Notes: a model not told the origin generated them from the sequence alone. A stretch of DNA of 64,000 nucleotides from an uncultured Candidatus Actinomarina sp. (GCA_902599555.1 CACKFQ010000002.1:15235-79234); one strand, 5' to 3'; shown: positions 37,780-47,788, numbered from the stretch's first letter. A program made the numbers and translations.

Positions 37780-39611
37780 CTTTTTTCTAAAGTATTTTTT
37801 GTTTCAGTGAATTTTGTATATAGAGTATTTCTCAAAATTGGATTTTTATTTTCAGATTCAATTATTTGAATAAATTGATCTTCAGTTGTTTCTTGCCCAT
37901 GATCTGCTCCTGAAGCTCTGCTAATGTTTTCATTGATCAAAGTACCACCTAAATCATTAACACCAGCACGAAGGAGTTTGCCTGCTCCATCATGACCCAA
38001 TTTCACCCAGCTTGCTTGAATGTTGTCTATTGAATTTACAAAGTAAATTCGCGCTAATGAGTGAATAAGAACTACCTCATCCCAAGTAGGTCCTGGCATA
38101 CTTTTACCTTGTAAGTAAATAGGAGAACCCATATGCACAAAAGGAAGAGGTACAACTTCAGTAAATCCATTTGTTTTGCTTTGAACATTTTTAATTAATG
38201 AAAAATGATTAACCCATGAATCTATATCATCAATATGCCCAAACATAATTGTTGCTGTAGATTTTATCCCTAAGCTATGAGCAACTTCCATTACATATGC
38301 CCATTGTGAAGAAGTTATTTTATCAGGGCAAAGATATTTTCTAACTCTATCGTCTAATATCTCAGCCGCAGTACCGGGGAGTGTGTTTAGTCCAGCTTTT
38401 TTTAACTGACTTAAGTACTCTTCAACACTCAAACCAATAGTCTCTGCACCTTGCCAAATTTCTAAAGGAGTGAAACCGTGAATATGCATTTCCGGAACAG
38501 AAGCTTTTATATCTTCTACCATTTTTAAATAAAACTTTCCCGTATAGTCAGGATGAATGCCACCTTGTAAACACACTTCTGATGCACCCATTTCATACGC
38601 TTCGATACTTCTTTCAACTACTTCTTGTATATCAATGGTGTATGGTTTTTCTTTTAAATTTAAACTATTAGGACCTTTAGAAAATCCACAGAAACCACAT
38701 TTGTAATAGCATTGATTCGTATAATTAATATTTCTATTCTTTACATAAGAAACATTATTTCCGTTTTTTAAAAAATTTAGCTCGTTAGCAACATTTGCAA
38801 TATCATTTATTTTTTCTCCTGCGGTATTAAACAATAATCTTAAATCATCATTATTAATTTGATATCCATCTAATACCCTTTTCAATATTGAGTCAATTTC
38901 AGAATGGTTGATTTGACTTTTATTGTTAAAGACAAAATTATTTAAATTTGGGATATTTTTCCCACTACCAGGAGACCAACTTGTCTCCTCTCTTCTAAAG
39001 CCTCTGACATTTCTAGTTTTTAAGAATCTAAAAAATCTTTCTTTATCAAATTCTTCTCTTGCCTCATCAATAGAAAATACAGGAGAAAGCAAAGTTCGCT
39101 CATAGAAATTTAGACCTTCTAGATTTTGAAGTTCTAATATCTGTTCGGAACTCCAGTCCCTGAGTAGTAAATCTGAAACTCCTGCATTAGCAAATTCAAT
39201 TGCTTCCTCAATTGTTTCAACGTATGTCGATGTTATAAAACTTGTTTTTGAGTTAATAGATTTAAGGAATTGTAGTTCTGAATTAGTAGAAATTAAAATA
39301 GTGTGTGGCTTTAGTCTATCGATAACTTCTAATGCGATTTCGATGTTATTTTTAAAATTGTAAATCAATCTTTTTGGATGAACAGATTTAAACTCCTTCC
39401 AGTTTCCATCAGTAACCATCCATACGTCTGAATTTATGGCGATATCCTTTGATACTGTTTGAAATTCCTTATTATGTAAATTATCTGTATTTACTAATAC
39501 ATCACTTTTTATTAAGAATGTAGAAGTTCCCTCTTTTTTTCTTGAATTTAAATATATTTCATTGTCGTTATCACATGGTCTGATTCGTAGAAAAGAAATG
39601 TTATTGTTCAT
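37776..39611 (-). CDS. cofH: FO synthase subunit CofH with long N-terminal extension
   Basis: 'RNINYTN.CYYKCGFC', 'EVCLQGG', 'PGTAAEIL', 'NIQASWVK', 'ND.GGTL..E.I.RASGA'; likely start is ATG 39611 overlapping the cofG stop. Confidence 0.9.
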   Translation of the reverse strand: MNNNISFLRIRPCDNDNEIYLNSRKKEGTSTFLIKSDVLVNTDNLHNKEFQTVSKDIAINSDVWMVTDGNWKEFKSVHPKRLIYNFKNNIEIALEVIDRLKPHTILISTNSELQFLKSINSKTSFITSTYVETIEEAIEFANAGVSDLLLRDWSSEQILELQNLEGLNFYERTLLSPVFSIDEAREEFDKERFFRFLKTRNVRGFRREETSWSPGSGKNIPNLNNFVFNNKSQINHSEIDSILKRVLDGYQINNDDLRLLFNTAGEKINDIANVANELNFLKNGNNVSYVKNRNINYTNQCYYKCGFCGFSKGPNSLNLKEKPYTIDIQEVVERSIEAYEMGASEVCLQGGIHPDYTGKFYLKMVEDIKASVPEMHIHGFTPLEIWQGAETIGLSVEEYLSQLKKAGLNTLPGTAAEILDDRVRKYLCPDKITSSQWAYVMEVAHSLGIKSTATIMFGHIDDIDSWVNHFSLIKNVQSKTNGFTEVVPLPFVHMGSPIYLQGKSMPGPTWDEVVLIHSLARIYFVNSIDNIQASWVKLGHDGAGKLLRAGVNDLGGTLINENISRASGADHGQETTEDQFIQIIESENKNPILRNTLYTKFTETKNTLEKR

Positions 39612-40722
39612 TGTGTTCTTTTGGATATCCATCTGTATCAATAATATTATTAACTTTTTCAAAAATTTTACTATTTAACCATTCTTTTTTTATAAATTCG
39701 GGATAAACAGGCAACCTCTTTTTTAGGACTTGACCAGTACTTGAAATATCTAATTTTAATTTATTTATGTTTGGCCATAAATGATCTGGATTTACCCAAT
39801 CAATAGTTAATGGAGATATTCCACCTAAATCATTAATGCCGCTTTTTAAAAATATTGTTATATCTGGTGAAAGATTTGGTGGAACTTGCAGAGATATATG
39901 AGAAGGGGCATAAATTCTTGTTGTGGCAATGATTCTTAAAAATAAATCATTTGTTATCTCAGAACTATTCTTCATTAATGTATTTTTCTTTGCTCTGAAA
40001 TTTTGTAATATTACTTCCTGAATTGCAGGATTCTTTTTTACATAATCAATTAAATTTGATATATCATTTACAATTTCTTCTTTTGTTGAGGTTAAACCAA
40101 GAAGTAATCCAGTTGTGACTGGATATTTTTCTTCTAATGCATTTTTAAGGGTATCCAACCTTAAATCAATATATTTAGTATCTGTTTTGTAATGAGCTTT
40201 TCCCTTATCGTATATATTTTTTGAAAATGACTCAATCATAACCCCACCAGATGGTGAGTGTTTTTTTAACTCCTTTATCTCTTGTTTGCTCATTAAACCA
40301 GGGTTGGCGTGAGGAAAAAGATTAAATTTCTCATTTACAGCCTTCATAGAACTAATTAAATAATCATGAGTTGAAGAATGGCCTAATTCTTTAAGTTGGG
40401 TTAAAGCAAAATCCCATTTTAGCTCTGGCTTATCTCCTAAAGTAAACAAAGCTTCATAGCAACCAGCTTCATCACCAGCTTCTGCTATTGAGAGAACTTC
40501 TTCTTGATTTAAATAAGTTCCACCCTCTTTTGGAGATTTTACAAATGTACAATATCCACAATTATCTCTACACATTGTTGTTAGTGGAATAAATACTTTA
40601 GGACTATATGTAATATTGTCGCCAAAGTAATTTGTTTTCTTCTCAAAGGCATTAGCCAACAGTTCTTCAGTTGAAACTGCTCCAAAGATGGAATCATTAA
40701 TTTTTCTTGTTAAATCTGTCAT
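39601..40722 (-). CDS. cofG: FO synthase subunit CofG
   Basis: 'ITYSPKVFIPLT..CRDNCGYC', 'EALFTLGDKPE', 'QEVILQNF', 'QVPPNL', 'GINDLGG.SP...D.VNP'. Confidence 0.93.
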   Translation of the reverse strand: MTDLTRKINDSIFGAVSTEELLANAFEKKTNYFGDNITYSPKVFIPLTTMCRDNCGYCTFVKSPKEGGTYLNQEEVLSIAEAGDEAGCYEALFTLGDKPELKWDFALTQLKELGHSSTHDYLISSMKAVNEKFNLFPHANPGLMSKQEIKELKKHSPSGGVMIESFSKNIYDKGKAHYKTDTKYIDLRLDTLKNALEEKYPVTTGLLLGLTSTKEEIVNDISNLIDYVKKNPAIQEVILQNFRAKKNTLMKNSSEITNDLFLRIIATTRIYAPSHISLQVPPNLSPDITIFLKSGINDLGGISPLTIDWVNPDHLWPNINKLKLDISSTGQVLKKRLPVYPEFIKKEWLNSKIFEKVNNIIDTDGYPKEHNEQ

Positions 40723-40791
40723 AAATAATGGTTTTAAGGTATATTATTAGTTGATTGTAACAACAATTAATCAATAATCTTGTGAGGGTTA

Positions 40792-41796
40792 GTGGCAAAT
40801 GTATCTTTAGTTGGCTTTGGAAGAATAGGTAGAGATCTATTTAGGCAAACATTGGGCGATAATGATATAAACATTGTGTCTATTTCTGACACAGCTGATA
40901 AAGCTAACTTGATATATTTATTAAAGTACGACTCAATTTACGGAAAGCTAGATGCAGAAATTGAGGAAACTGAAACTGGTATTATTGTTAATGGTAAAGA
41001 AATCATATTTAATTCTTGGAAAAATGGTGACGAAGCAAATTGGGATGAACTAAACACTGACATCGTAGTTCTTGCAACTGGCAGACCAAAGACTAAAGAA
41101 GAAGTTGATAAACATTTATCAAAAGGTTGTAAAAAAGTTATCGTTGCATCAACTCCCGAAAATTTTGAAGATATACAAATATATGTGCCTGGTGCAAACG
41201 ATGAAGATATAGATTTAAACTCAAGTGTATTTTCCTTAGGTTCCAATACAGCAAATGCAGTTGCACCTATTCTTAAAGCTTTAGATATTAAAGTTGGGGT
41301 TGAAAGAGCATTTCTCACGACTGTTCATGGATATTCAAATTCAAACCGTTTAGCAGATGTAGCAGGTGAAGGTTTTAGACTTAACAGAGCAGCTGGTGAA
41401 AATATTATCCCAAGTATTACTAAGTCTTCTGAGGTAATATCAAATGTTCTTCCATTTATAGAAGGAAAGGTAGCTTCATCTTCTATGACAGTACCAATTC
41501 CTGACGGAAGTACAGTTGATTTGACAATTGATATCAAAAACGAAACAAGTATTAAAGATATCAATAAAATAATTGAGGATGCTTCCAATTCTGATTTAAA
41601 AAACATTATCGGATTAACATATGATCCAATTGTTTCTTCTGATGTTGTAAGAAGTACACTCTCTGGTTTAGTGGACGGATTAGCAACAATGGGTATTAAT
41701 AATAAAAAAATTAAACTCATAATTTGGTTTGATAATGGTTGGGGTTATGCAGCTAGAATTGTCGATACAGTGAAAAAGCTCGGTAAGGTGTTATAA
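40792..41796 (+). CDS. GAPDH-like paralogue lacking the catalytic cysteine
   Basis: 'GFGRIGR', 'LLKYDS', 'WFDNGWGY' are retained, but 'SLGSNTANAVAP' replaces 'SNASCTTNCLAP'. Confidence 0.9.
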   Translation: MANVSLVGFGRIGRDLFRQTLGDNDINIVSISDTADKANLIYLLKYDSIYGKLDAEIEETETGIIVNGKEIIFNSWKNGDEANWDELNTDIVVLATGRPKTKEEVDKHLSKGCKKVIVASTPENFEDIQIYVPGANDEDIDLNSSVFSLGSNTANAVAPILKALDIKVGVERAFLTTVHGYSNSNRLADVAGEGFRLNRAAGENIIPSITKSSEVISNVLPFIEGKVASSSMTVPIPDGSTVDLTIDIKNETSIKDINKIIEDASNSDLKNIIGLTYDPIVSSDVVRSTLSGLVDGLATMGINNKKIKLIIWFDNGWGYAARIVDTVKKLGKVL

Positions 41797-42801
41797 ATGG
41801 GTAATGTAGCAATAAATGGTTTTGGAAGAATTGGACGTTCTATATTAAGAATAATTGTTGAAAATAATTCTGATATAAATGTTGTTGCAATTAATGACCT
41901 TGGTAATTATGAAAATCTTGCATATCTTTTGAAACATGATTCTGTAATGGGCATTTTAGATAGTGACGTACAAGTTGATGGAGACAATCTTTTTGTTGGA
42001 GATAGAGTTATTAAACTTACCTCAATAAAAGATCCTGCAGAGCTTCCATGGGGCGAATTAGATGTGGATGTTGTAATTGAATCAACTGGAATTTTTAGAG
42101 ATAATGAATCCCTTAATAAACACATATCTGCTGGTGCTAAAAAAGTATTACTTACTGTACCACCCAAAGATGAAATTGACGCAACAATAGTTTTAGGTGT
42201 AAATGACAATGACTTGAAGCCAGATGATAAAATTGTCTCTAATGCATCATGTACTACAAACTGTTTAGCGCCTATAGCTAAAGTACTGGATGATAATTTT
42301 GGAATCAAATCTGGTCTTATGACGACTGTACATGCATACACTAATGATCAAGCACTAGCTGAAACAACACATAGTGACTTTAGAAGAGGAAGAAGTGCTA
42401 CCCAAAATATAATTCCTACTTCAACAGGTGCAGCTAAAGCAGTTGGTATGGTTTTACCTGAATTAAACGGTAAATTAGATGGCATGGCAATGAGAGTTCC
42501 TGTGCCAGATGGAAGTGTAATTGATTTAGTAGTGGAATTAGAAAAATCTGTTTCTATAGATGATGTAAATAAAGCTGTTAAAGAAGCTGCAGATAACGAA
42601 CTGAAAGGTATTTTAGAGTACTCTGAAGTTCCTCTTGTATCTACCGATATATTAAATAATCCACACTCAAGTATTTATGATGCATCTTCTACACAATTAA
42701 TAGACGAAAATCATGTCAAAGTTGTATGTTGGTACGACAATGAATGGGGTTACTCAAATAGAGTTGTAGATCTTATTGGAAATCTATTAAATAATGGATA
42801 A
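41797..42801 (+). CDS. gap: Type I glyceraldehyde-3-phosphate dehydrogenase
   Basis: 'INGFGRIGR', 'SNASCTTNCLAP', 'STGAAKAV', 'RVP', 'WYDNEWGY'. Confidence 0.97.
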   Translation: MGNVAINGFGRIGRSILRIIVENNSDINVVAINDLGNYENLAYLLKHDSVMGILDSDVQVDGDNLFVGDRVIKLTSIKDPAELPWGELDVDVVIESTGIFRDNESLNKHISAGAKKVLLTVPPKDEIDATIVLGVNDNDLKPDDKIVSNASCTTNCLAPIAKVLDDNFGIKSGLMTTVHAYTNDQALAETTHSDFRRGRSATQNIIPTSTGAAKAVGMVLPELNGKLDGMAMRVPVPDGSVIDLVVELEKSVSIDDVNKAVKEAADNELKGILEYSEVPLVSTDILNNPHSSIYDASSTQLIDENHVKVVCWYDNEWGYSNRVVDLIGNLLNNG

Positions 42802-43210
42802 CAATTTTCCAATCGCCCCGGAAGCAATTGGAAATTATGTAACATATAAAAAAATTGGAAACTATGTGTACACATCTGGACATGTACCTATTACAGAACA
42901 AAAAAAATATATAGGAAAGGTACCAACAGAAATTTCAGTAGATGAAGCCTATAAAGCCGCAGAGTTATGTGCTGAACTTACTATTGCAACAATTAAAAAA
43001 CATGGATCTATTGAAAATTTACAACCTGTAAATGTTATTGGTTTTGTAAATGCTAATGAAGGTTTTGGGGATCACGCAAAAGTCCTCAATGGGTTTACAG
43101 ATAAACTTTCAGAATACTTTAGTGAAAAGTCGACACGATCAGCTGTAGGTGTTGCTAGCTTACCGTTAAATGTATGTGTAGAAGTACAGTGTGTTTTTAT
43201 AAATGGGTAA
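42794..43210 (+). CDS. RidA/YjgF family protein
   Basis: 'VYTSGHVP', 'RSAVGVASLP...VEV'. Confidence 0.88.
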   Translation: MDNNFPIAPEAIGNYVTYKKIGNYVYTSGHVPITEQKKYIGKVPTEISVDEAYKAAELCAELTIATIKKHGSIENLQPVNVIGFVNANEGFGDHAKVLNGFTDKLSEYFSEKSTRSAVGVASLPLNVCVEVQCVFING

Positions 43211-43907
43211 ATTAATAGGAATATCCACTGGTCTTAAAAATGTAGACATGGCGCCTGGTAATATTCCATGCGTTGTTATTAATAGTGATTTTGTTAAAGC
43301 ATGTAACAACTATGGAAATACTGCTGTTATCTTTGGGCCACAAGAAAATTTAGAAATGATAGACGTATCAAAATTTGATGCAATAGTAATTTCTGGTGGT
43401 GGTGATATTAACCCAAATATCTATGGAGAAGAAAAACTCGAAAAAACAATAAGAATTTCGGATAATAGGGATAGCACTGAATTGGCAATGTTTAAATCTG
43501 CAGAAGAACATAATATAAAAACTCTTGCTATATGTAGAGGACATCAATTATTAAATGTTTATAAAGGTGGGACACTTTATCAAGATCTCAAAGATAATGG
43601 ATTTAGTCAAATCGACCACGATAAACCATTTGATGACGCACGTTCGCATGTTCATGATGTAAATATAGAAAGTAACTCAAAATTATATAAAATAATTCAA
43701 GAAAATGAGATACAAGTAAATTCAATTCATCATCAGGCAATAAACAAAATTGGTAATGACTTACAAATAACTGCTAAATCACCTGATGGTGTTATTGAGG
43801 GTATAGAGGTCACAAATGGTTGGAATGCTATAGGAGTGCAATGGCATCCTGAAAACATGCTTGAAGACAATGTAAGCATTAAATTGTTTGAATGGTTAAA
43901 TAGTTAA
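43203..43907 (+). CDS. Gamma-glutamyl-gamma-aminobutyrate hydrolase family (peptidase C26, PuuD-like)
   Basis: 'SGGGDINP..YG', 'AICRGHQLLNV..GGTLYQD', 'VNSIHHQ', 'VQWHPE'. Confidence 0.9.
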   Translation: MGKLIGISTGLKNVDMAPGNIPCVVINSDFVKACNNYGNTAVIFGPQENLEMIDVSKFDAIVISGGGDINPNIYGEEKLEKTIRISDNRDSTELAMFKSAEEHNIKTLAICRGHQLLNVYKGGTLYQDLKDNGFSQIDHDKPFDDARSHVHDVNIESNSKLYKIIQENEIQVNSIHHQAINKIGNDLQITAKSPDGVIEGIEVTNGWNAIGVQWHPENMLEDNVSIKLFEWLNS

Positions 43908-44375
43908 GCTACTGTCCAATAAAGTTAAGTTATTGTTTTCATAAATAAAGAAATTACTGTTGTAAGGGACACTCATTTCTACACCACTAATTTTGAGAAA
44001 ATATATATTATTTAACACCTCATAATTTAACAACTTGTAATCATTACCTTTTAATTCTTGCCCTATAAAAAAACCAGGCCAAGGTAATTTATTTTTATTA
44101 AGAAATGTATCAAGTAAGTCTCTATTAATTTTTACATCCATATTTCTTAAATTACTAATTGATTCAATCGAGTCATAAGATTTGAATTTTATTAAATTTC
44201 GATTTTTTAAATGTTTTTTAAATTCCTCTACAACAAAATTTACACCTTCAATTTGTAATGTAATTTCTTTTAAATCGAAATTGCGAAAAAAATATTCAAT
44301 ATTTATATATTGAAAACCTTTTAAGGAATGTGGTTTACCTAACTTACCTACAATAAAATAGTTTTGATTAGTCAA
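43896..44375 (-). CDS. rimM: 16S rRNA processing protein RimM (divergent)
   Basis: 'VGKLGKPHSLKG'; position after rpsP-khpA. Confidence 0.75.
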   Translation of the reverse strand: MTNQNYFIVGKLGKPHSLKGFQYINIEYFFRNFDLKEITLQIEGVNFVVEEFKKHLKNRNLIKFKSYDSIESISNLRNMDVKINRDLLDTFLNKNKLPWPGFFIGQELKGNDYKLLNYEVLNNIYFLKISGVEMSVPYNSNFFIYENNNLTLLDSSLTI

Positions 44376-44619
44376 TAAATTCTACAGAAGATTGTAAGCC
44401 TTCTTCATCCGCTGCAGCTTGTGCAACAGTTCTGATTGCTCTTGCGACTCTTCCTCTTTTACCAATGACTCTTCCCATATCATCAGGTGAAGTTCTAACC
44501 TCTATCGTTACATTTTCATCATCAGAGTCTGCAACATCAACTTTTACAGATTTAGTATCTTCTACAATCTGATTAACGATGTACTCAACAACATTTTTAA
44601 CAATTGTACCTGAAGCCAT
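44368..44619 (-). CDS. khpA: KH domain RNA-binding protein
   Basis: 'DMGRVIGKRGRVARAIRT'. Confidence 0.92.
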   Translation of the reverse strand: MASGTIVKNVVEYIVNQIVEDTKSVKVDVADSDDENVTIEVRTSPDDMGRVIGKRGRVARAIRTVAQAAADEEGLQSSVEFID

Positions 44620-45023
44620 TATTCTTCTTCCTTATCAGAGGATTCATCAGAAGATTCATTATTATTTTCTTCATCTAAATTTTCTTCTTGTTGTTTTTTA
44701 TTAGCTTTTGAACTGCTTTTAATTTTTTCTTCAGGAGCTTGTGGTATAGAAACAACCTCTCCTTTAGTCGAACGCCATTGTGCCCATGCACCTGAAATTT
44801 CTAATATTTTTTGTGCCCTTTCAGAAGGTTTTGCTCCTTTATCTAACCAAGCAACAGCTTTGTCTACATCAATTTCGACCATAGAAGGGTTGTGATGTGG
44901 ATCGTAATAACCTAAATCTTCTATAAATTTGCCATCTCTTGGTGAACGAGAGTCAGCAACAATCACACGGAAAGTTCTATTTTTTTTCTTACCTCTTTGA
45001 GCAAGTCTTATTCTTACAGGCAT
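44619..45023 (-). CDS. rpsP: 30S ribosomal protein S16
   Basis: 'VRIRL', 'DSRSPRDGKFIE.LG.YDP'. Confidence 0.97.
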   Translation of the reverse strand: MPVRIRLAQRGKKKNRTFRVIVADSRSPRDGKFIEDLGYYDPHHNPSMVEIDVDKAVAWLDKGAKPSERAQKILEISGAWAQWRSTKGEVVSIPQAPEEKIKSSSKANKKQQEENLDEENNNESSDESSDKEEE

Positions 45024-45147
45024 TAATTTCCTTTATTTAAATTGCAATACATTATCTTACATGAAGTGAGACATAAAATGTACATTAAATAGATTAACTT
45101 CTTAATAAAAATAACTAGAAAAGATTTAATGTTTTGCTAACCTAATT

Positions 45148-45771
45148 TTGATGCAAGTAATTGAAATTTCACATCCTTTAAAAGATCACTATCTAACAAT
45201 AATTCGAGACAAGGAAACAGATTTCGAAAATTTTAGAGAATACTCCTCTAAATTGTCATATCTGCTTTTTATTGAAGGTACAAAAAATATATCAACAAAA
45301 GTAAAACCTATAGAGACTCCTTTAACCAATATTGATGGTTTAGAAATTGAAAATGAGAATGTTGCCATAGCAGTTTTAAGAGCAGGTTTAGGTCTTGTTG
45401 ATGGTGTTAAGAACCTACTACCTAGTACATCATTTGGATACATCGGAGTTCAAAGAAATGAAGAGACCGCTACGCCTGAGTATTATTACGAGAATTTACC
45501 AAACTTAGAAAACAAAAATGTTTTTATTCTAGAACCTATGCTTGCTACTGGCGGTTCTCTTTCATTTGCAATAGACAAGGTCAAAGAACACAATCCTAAA
45601 AGCATAATTGCTTTAACAGTTATCTCTGCACCAGAAGGTATTGAAAGATTGAAAAAGGAGCACAGTGACATTACCTTAGTAACTGCAAAAATAGATGAAA
45701 AACTTAATGAGAATTGGTACATAGTTCCTGGACTAGGTGATATGGGAGACAGGCTTTTCGGAACAACCTAA
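45148..45771 (+). CDS. upp: Uracil phosphoribosyltransferase
   Basis: 'VLRAGLG', 'PMLATGGS', 'YIVPGLGDMGDRLFGT'; start may be ATG 45151. Confidence 0.96.
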   Translation: MMQVIEISHPLKDHYLTIIRDKETDFENFREYSSKLSYLLFIEGTKNISTKVKPIETPLTNIDGLEIENENVAIAVLRAGLGLVDGVKNLLPSTSFGYIGVQRNEETATPEYYYENLPNLENKNVFILEPMLATGGSLSFAIDKVKEHNPKSIIALTVISAPEGIERLKKEHSDITLVTAKIDEKLNENWYIVPGLGDMGDRLFGTT

Positions 45772-46922
45772 TGAAAAGGTGTTTTCTTGTTGTTATAGAT
45801 TCTTTAGGTGTTGGTGAAGCACCAGATGCAAAACAATATGGAGACGAAGGTGTAAATACACTTGGTAATGTCGCAAAGCATGTTCAAGGTGTAGATTTAC
45901 CCACTTTTGATAAATTAGGATTTGGGAAGATTACTAATGTTTTAGGACTAGGTACTGAGCACAATGCAACTGTTGGTAGGCTTTCTGAAGTATCTATAGG
46001 AAACGACTCAACCACGGGGCATTGGGAAATTGCAGGTTTAATTACAACACAGGAGTTTGAAACATTTCCAGATGGATTTCCTCATGAACTTATCAGCAAG
46101 ATAGAAGATGAAATTGGTTATAAATTTATTGGGAATATTCATGCTTCAGGTACTGAAATTATTAAAGACCTTGGTGAACAACACATTCAAACCAAAGAAC
46201 TTATTTTATACACATCTGGTGACTCAGTTTTTCAAATAGCTGCCCATGAAGAAATATGCAGTCTTGAAGAGCTTTATAGAATTTGTGAGATCTCTAGAAA
46301 GCACTGTAATCAATACAATATAGGAAGAGTCATCGCTAGACCATTTAGAGGTCCTATTAACGCTTTTGAACGAACTTATGATAGGAAAGATTTTGGAATG
46401 AATCCACCTGGAGAAACACTTCTAAGTTATGTATCAAAAAATAATTTAAAAACTTACGGAATAGGAAAGATTACTGATTTGTTTGGTACTGAATTTCTTA
46501 GTAGTTATGTCCACACTGAAGGAGATCAAAATGGTATTGACTTTTTGTTAAAAGAAGTTGAATCCGGAGATAATGATTTTACTTTTGTTAATTTAGTTGA
46601 CCTAGATATGTTGTATGGTCACAGAGAAGATCCTGATGGTTATTACAAAGGTTTACAAATAATCGATAAAGGTATAGAAAAAGTTATTGAATTATTAAAA
46701 GAAAATGACTTGCTTATTCTAACTGGAGATCACGGTACAGATCCAACAGATGGAAAAACTGACCATTCAAGGGAATATGTTCCATTTGTTGCGTATAAAA
46801 ATAACGGTAAAGCAAATTATATTGGGGATGTTGAAAGCTTTGCAAATATAGCCTCTACTGTTTCAGAATTTTTTAATTTAGAAAATATATTCCCTGGTAA
46901 AAGCTTTTTAAATCAAATATAG
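45771..46922 (+). CDS. deoB: Phosphopentomutase
   Basis: 'DSLGVG..PDA..YGD', 'GHWEIAG', 'YTSGDSVFQIAAHE', 'GRVIARPF', 'DHSRE'. Confidence 0.96.
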   Translation: MKRCFLVVIDSLGVGEAPDAKQYGDEGVNTLGNVAKHVQGVDLPTFDKLGFGKITNVLGLGTEHNATVGRLSEVSIGNDSTTGHWEIAGLITTQEFETFPDGFPHELISKIEDEIGYKFIGNIHASGTEIIKDLGEQHIQTKELILYTSGDSVFQIAAHEEICSLEELYRICEISRKHCNQYNIGRVIARPFRGPINAFERTYDRKDFGMNPPGETLLSYVSKNNLKTYGIGKITDLFGTEFLSSYVHTEGDQNGIDFLLKEVESGDNDFTFVNLVDLDMLYGHREDPDGYYKGLQIIDKGIEKVIELLKENDLLILTGDHGTDPTDGKTDHSREYVPFVAYKNNGKANYIGDVESFANIASTVSEFFNLENIFPGKSFLNQI

Positions 46923-46941
46923 ATTATTAATCTGTAAACAT

Positions 46942-47766
46942 ATGATTGAAAAAATAAACGAATCTAAAGACTTTATAAGTACATTTACCAATAATAAAAA
47001 CGTAGATACGATGATTGTTTTAGGTTCAGGGATGGGGGGCTTTGAGGATAACTATGAACCATTAAGCCAAGTAGATTACTCAGATATTCCTAATTTTTTA
47101 ACTCCATCAATTGAAGGACATGCCGGTAAGTTATCTTTAGTGTCTATTAATAATAAATTAACTGCAATTTTGTCAGGAAGAGCACATTATTATGAAGGAT
47201 ACCCTATCCAAGAACTCGTAATTCCTATTAGAACTTTTTCATTGCTTGGTGTAAAAAACCTTGTACTAACAAATGCAGCTGGTGGTATATCAGATAATTA
47301 TGTTCCTGGAGATATAATTTCAATCACGGACCATATAAATTTAACCGGAGACAATCCATTAATTGGCAAGAACCTTGATACATTTGGTCCAAGATTTCCA
47401 GATATGTCTGAAGTTTATAGTAGAAATTTCTTAAAACTTGCCGAGAACGTATCAGAAAATCATTTTCAATTTAAGACAGGAATTTATGCATGGTTCACGG
47501 GACCATCGTACGAAACGCCAGCAGAAGTTCAATATGCAAAAAATATTGGAGCTGACTTAGTTGGAATGTCAACTGTTCCTGAAGCAATAGTTGCCAAACA
47601 TGCTGGTATGGAAATCAGTGCTTTCTCTCTTGTTACAAATCTTGCAGCAGGAATAAGTAAAGATCCACTAAACCATGAAGAAGTTGTTGAAATTGCTGAT
47701 AAGTCAAAACAAAAACTACAAGGGTTTATGAAGGAATTTTTATCTGAATTAAATTCAGATAATTAA
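46942..47766 (+). CDS. punA: Purine-nucleoside phosphorylase (trimeric type)
   Basis: 'LGSG', 'GRAHYYEG', 'TNAAGG', 'GPSYETPAE', 'GMSTVPE'. Confidence 0.95.
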   Translation: MIEKINESKDFISTFTNNKNVDTMIVLGSGMGGFEDNYEPLSQVDYSDIPNFLTPSIEGHAGKLSLVSINNKLTAILSGRAHYYEGYPIQELVIPIRTFSLLGVKNLVLTNAAGGISDNYVPGDIISITDHINLTGDNPLIGKNLDTFGPRFPDMSEVYSRNFLKLAENVSENHFQFKTGIYAWFTGPSYETPAEVQYAKNIGADLVGMSTVPEAIVAKHAGMEISAFSLVTNLAAGISKDPLNHEEVVEIADKSKQKLQGFMKEFLSELNSDN

Positions 47767-47788
47767 AAACATAAATTAAAATATAGAT

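Noticed and set aside
40792-41796. First gap copy as erythrose-4-phosphate dehydrogenase (epd) or as a pseudogene
   Set aside because: Epd retains the catalytic Cys, which is absent here; the ORF is full-length and uninterrupted with conserved structural motifs, so pseudogene is not supported.
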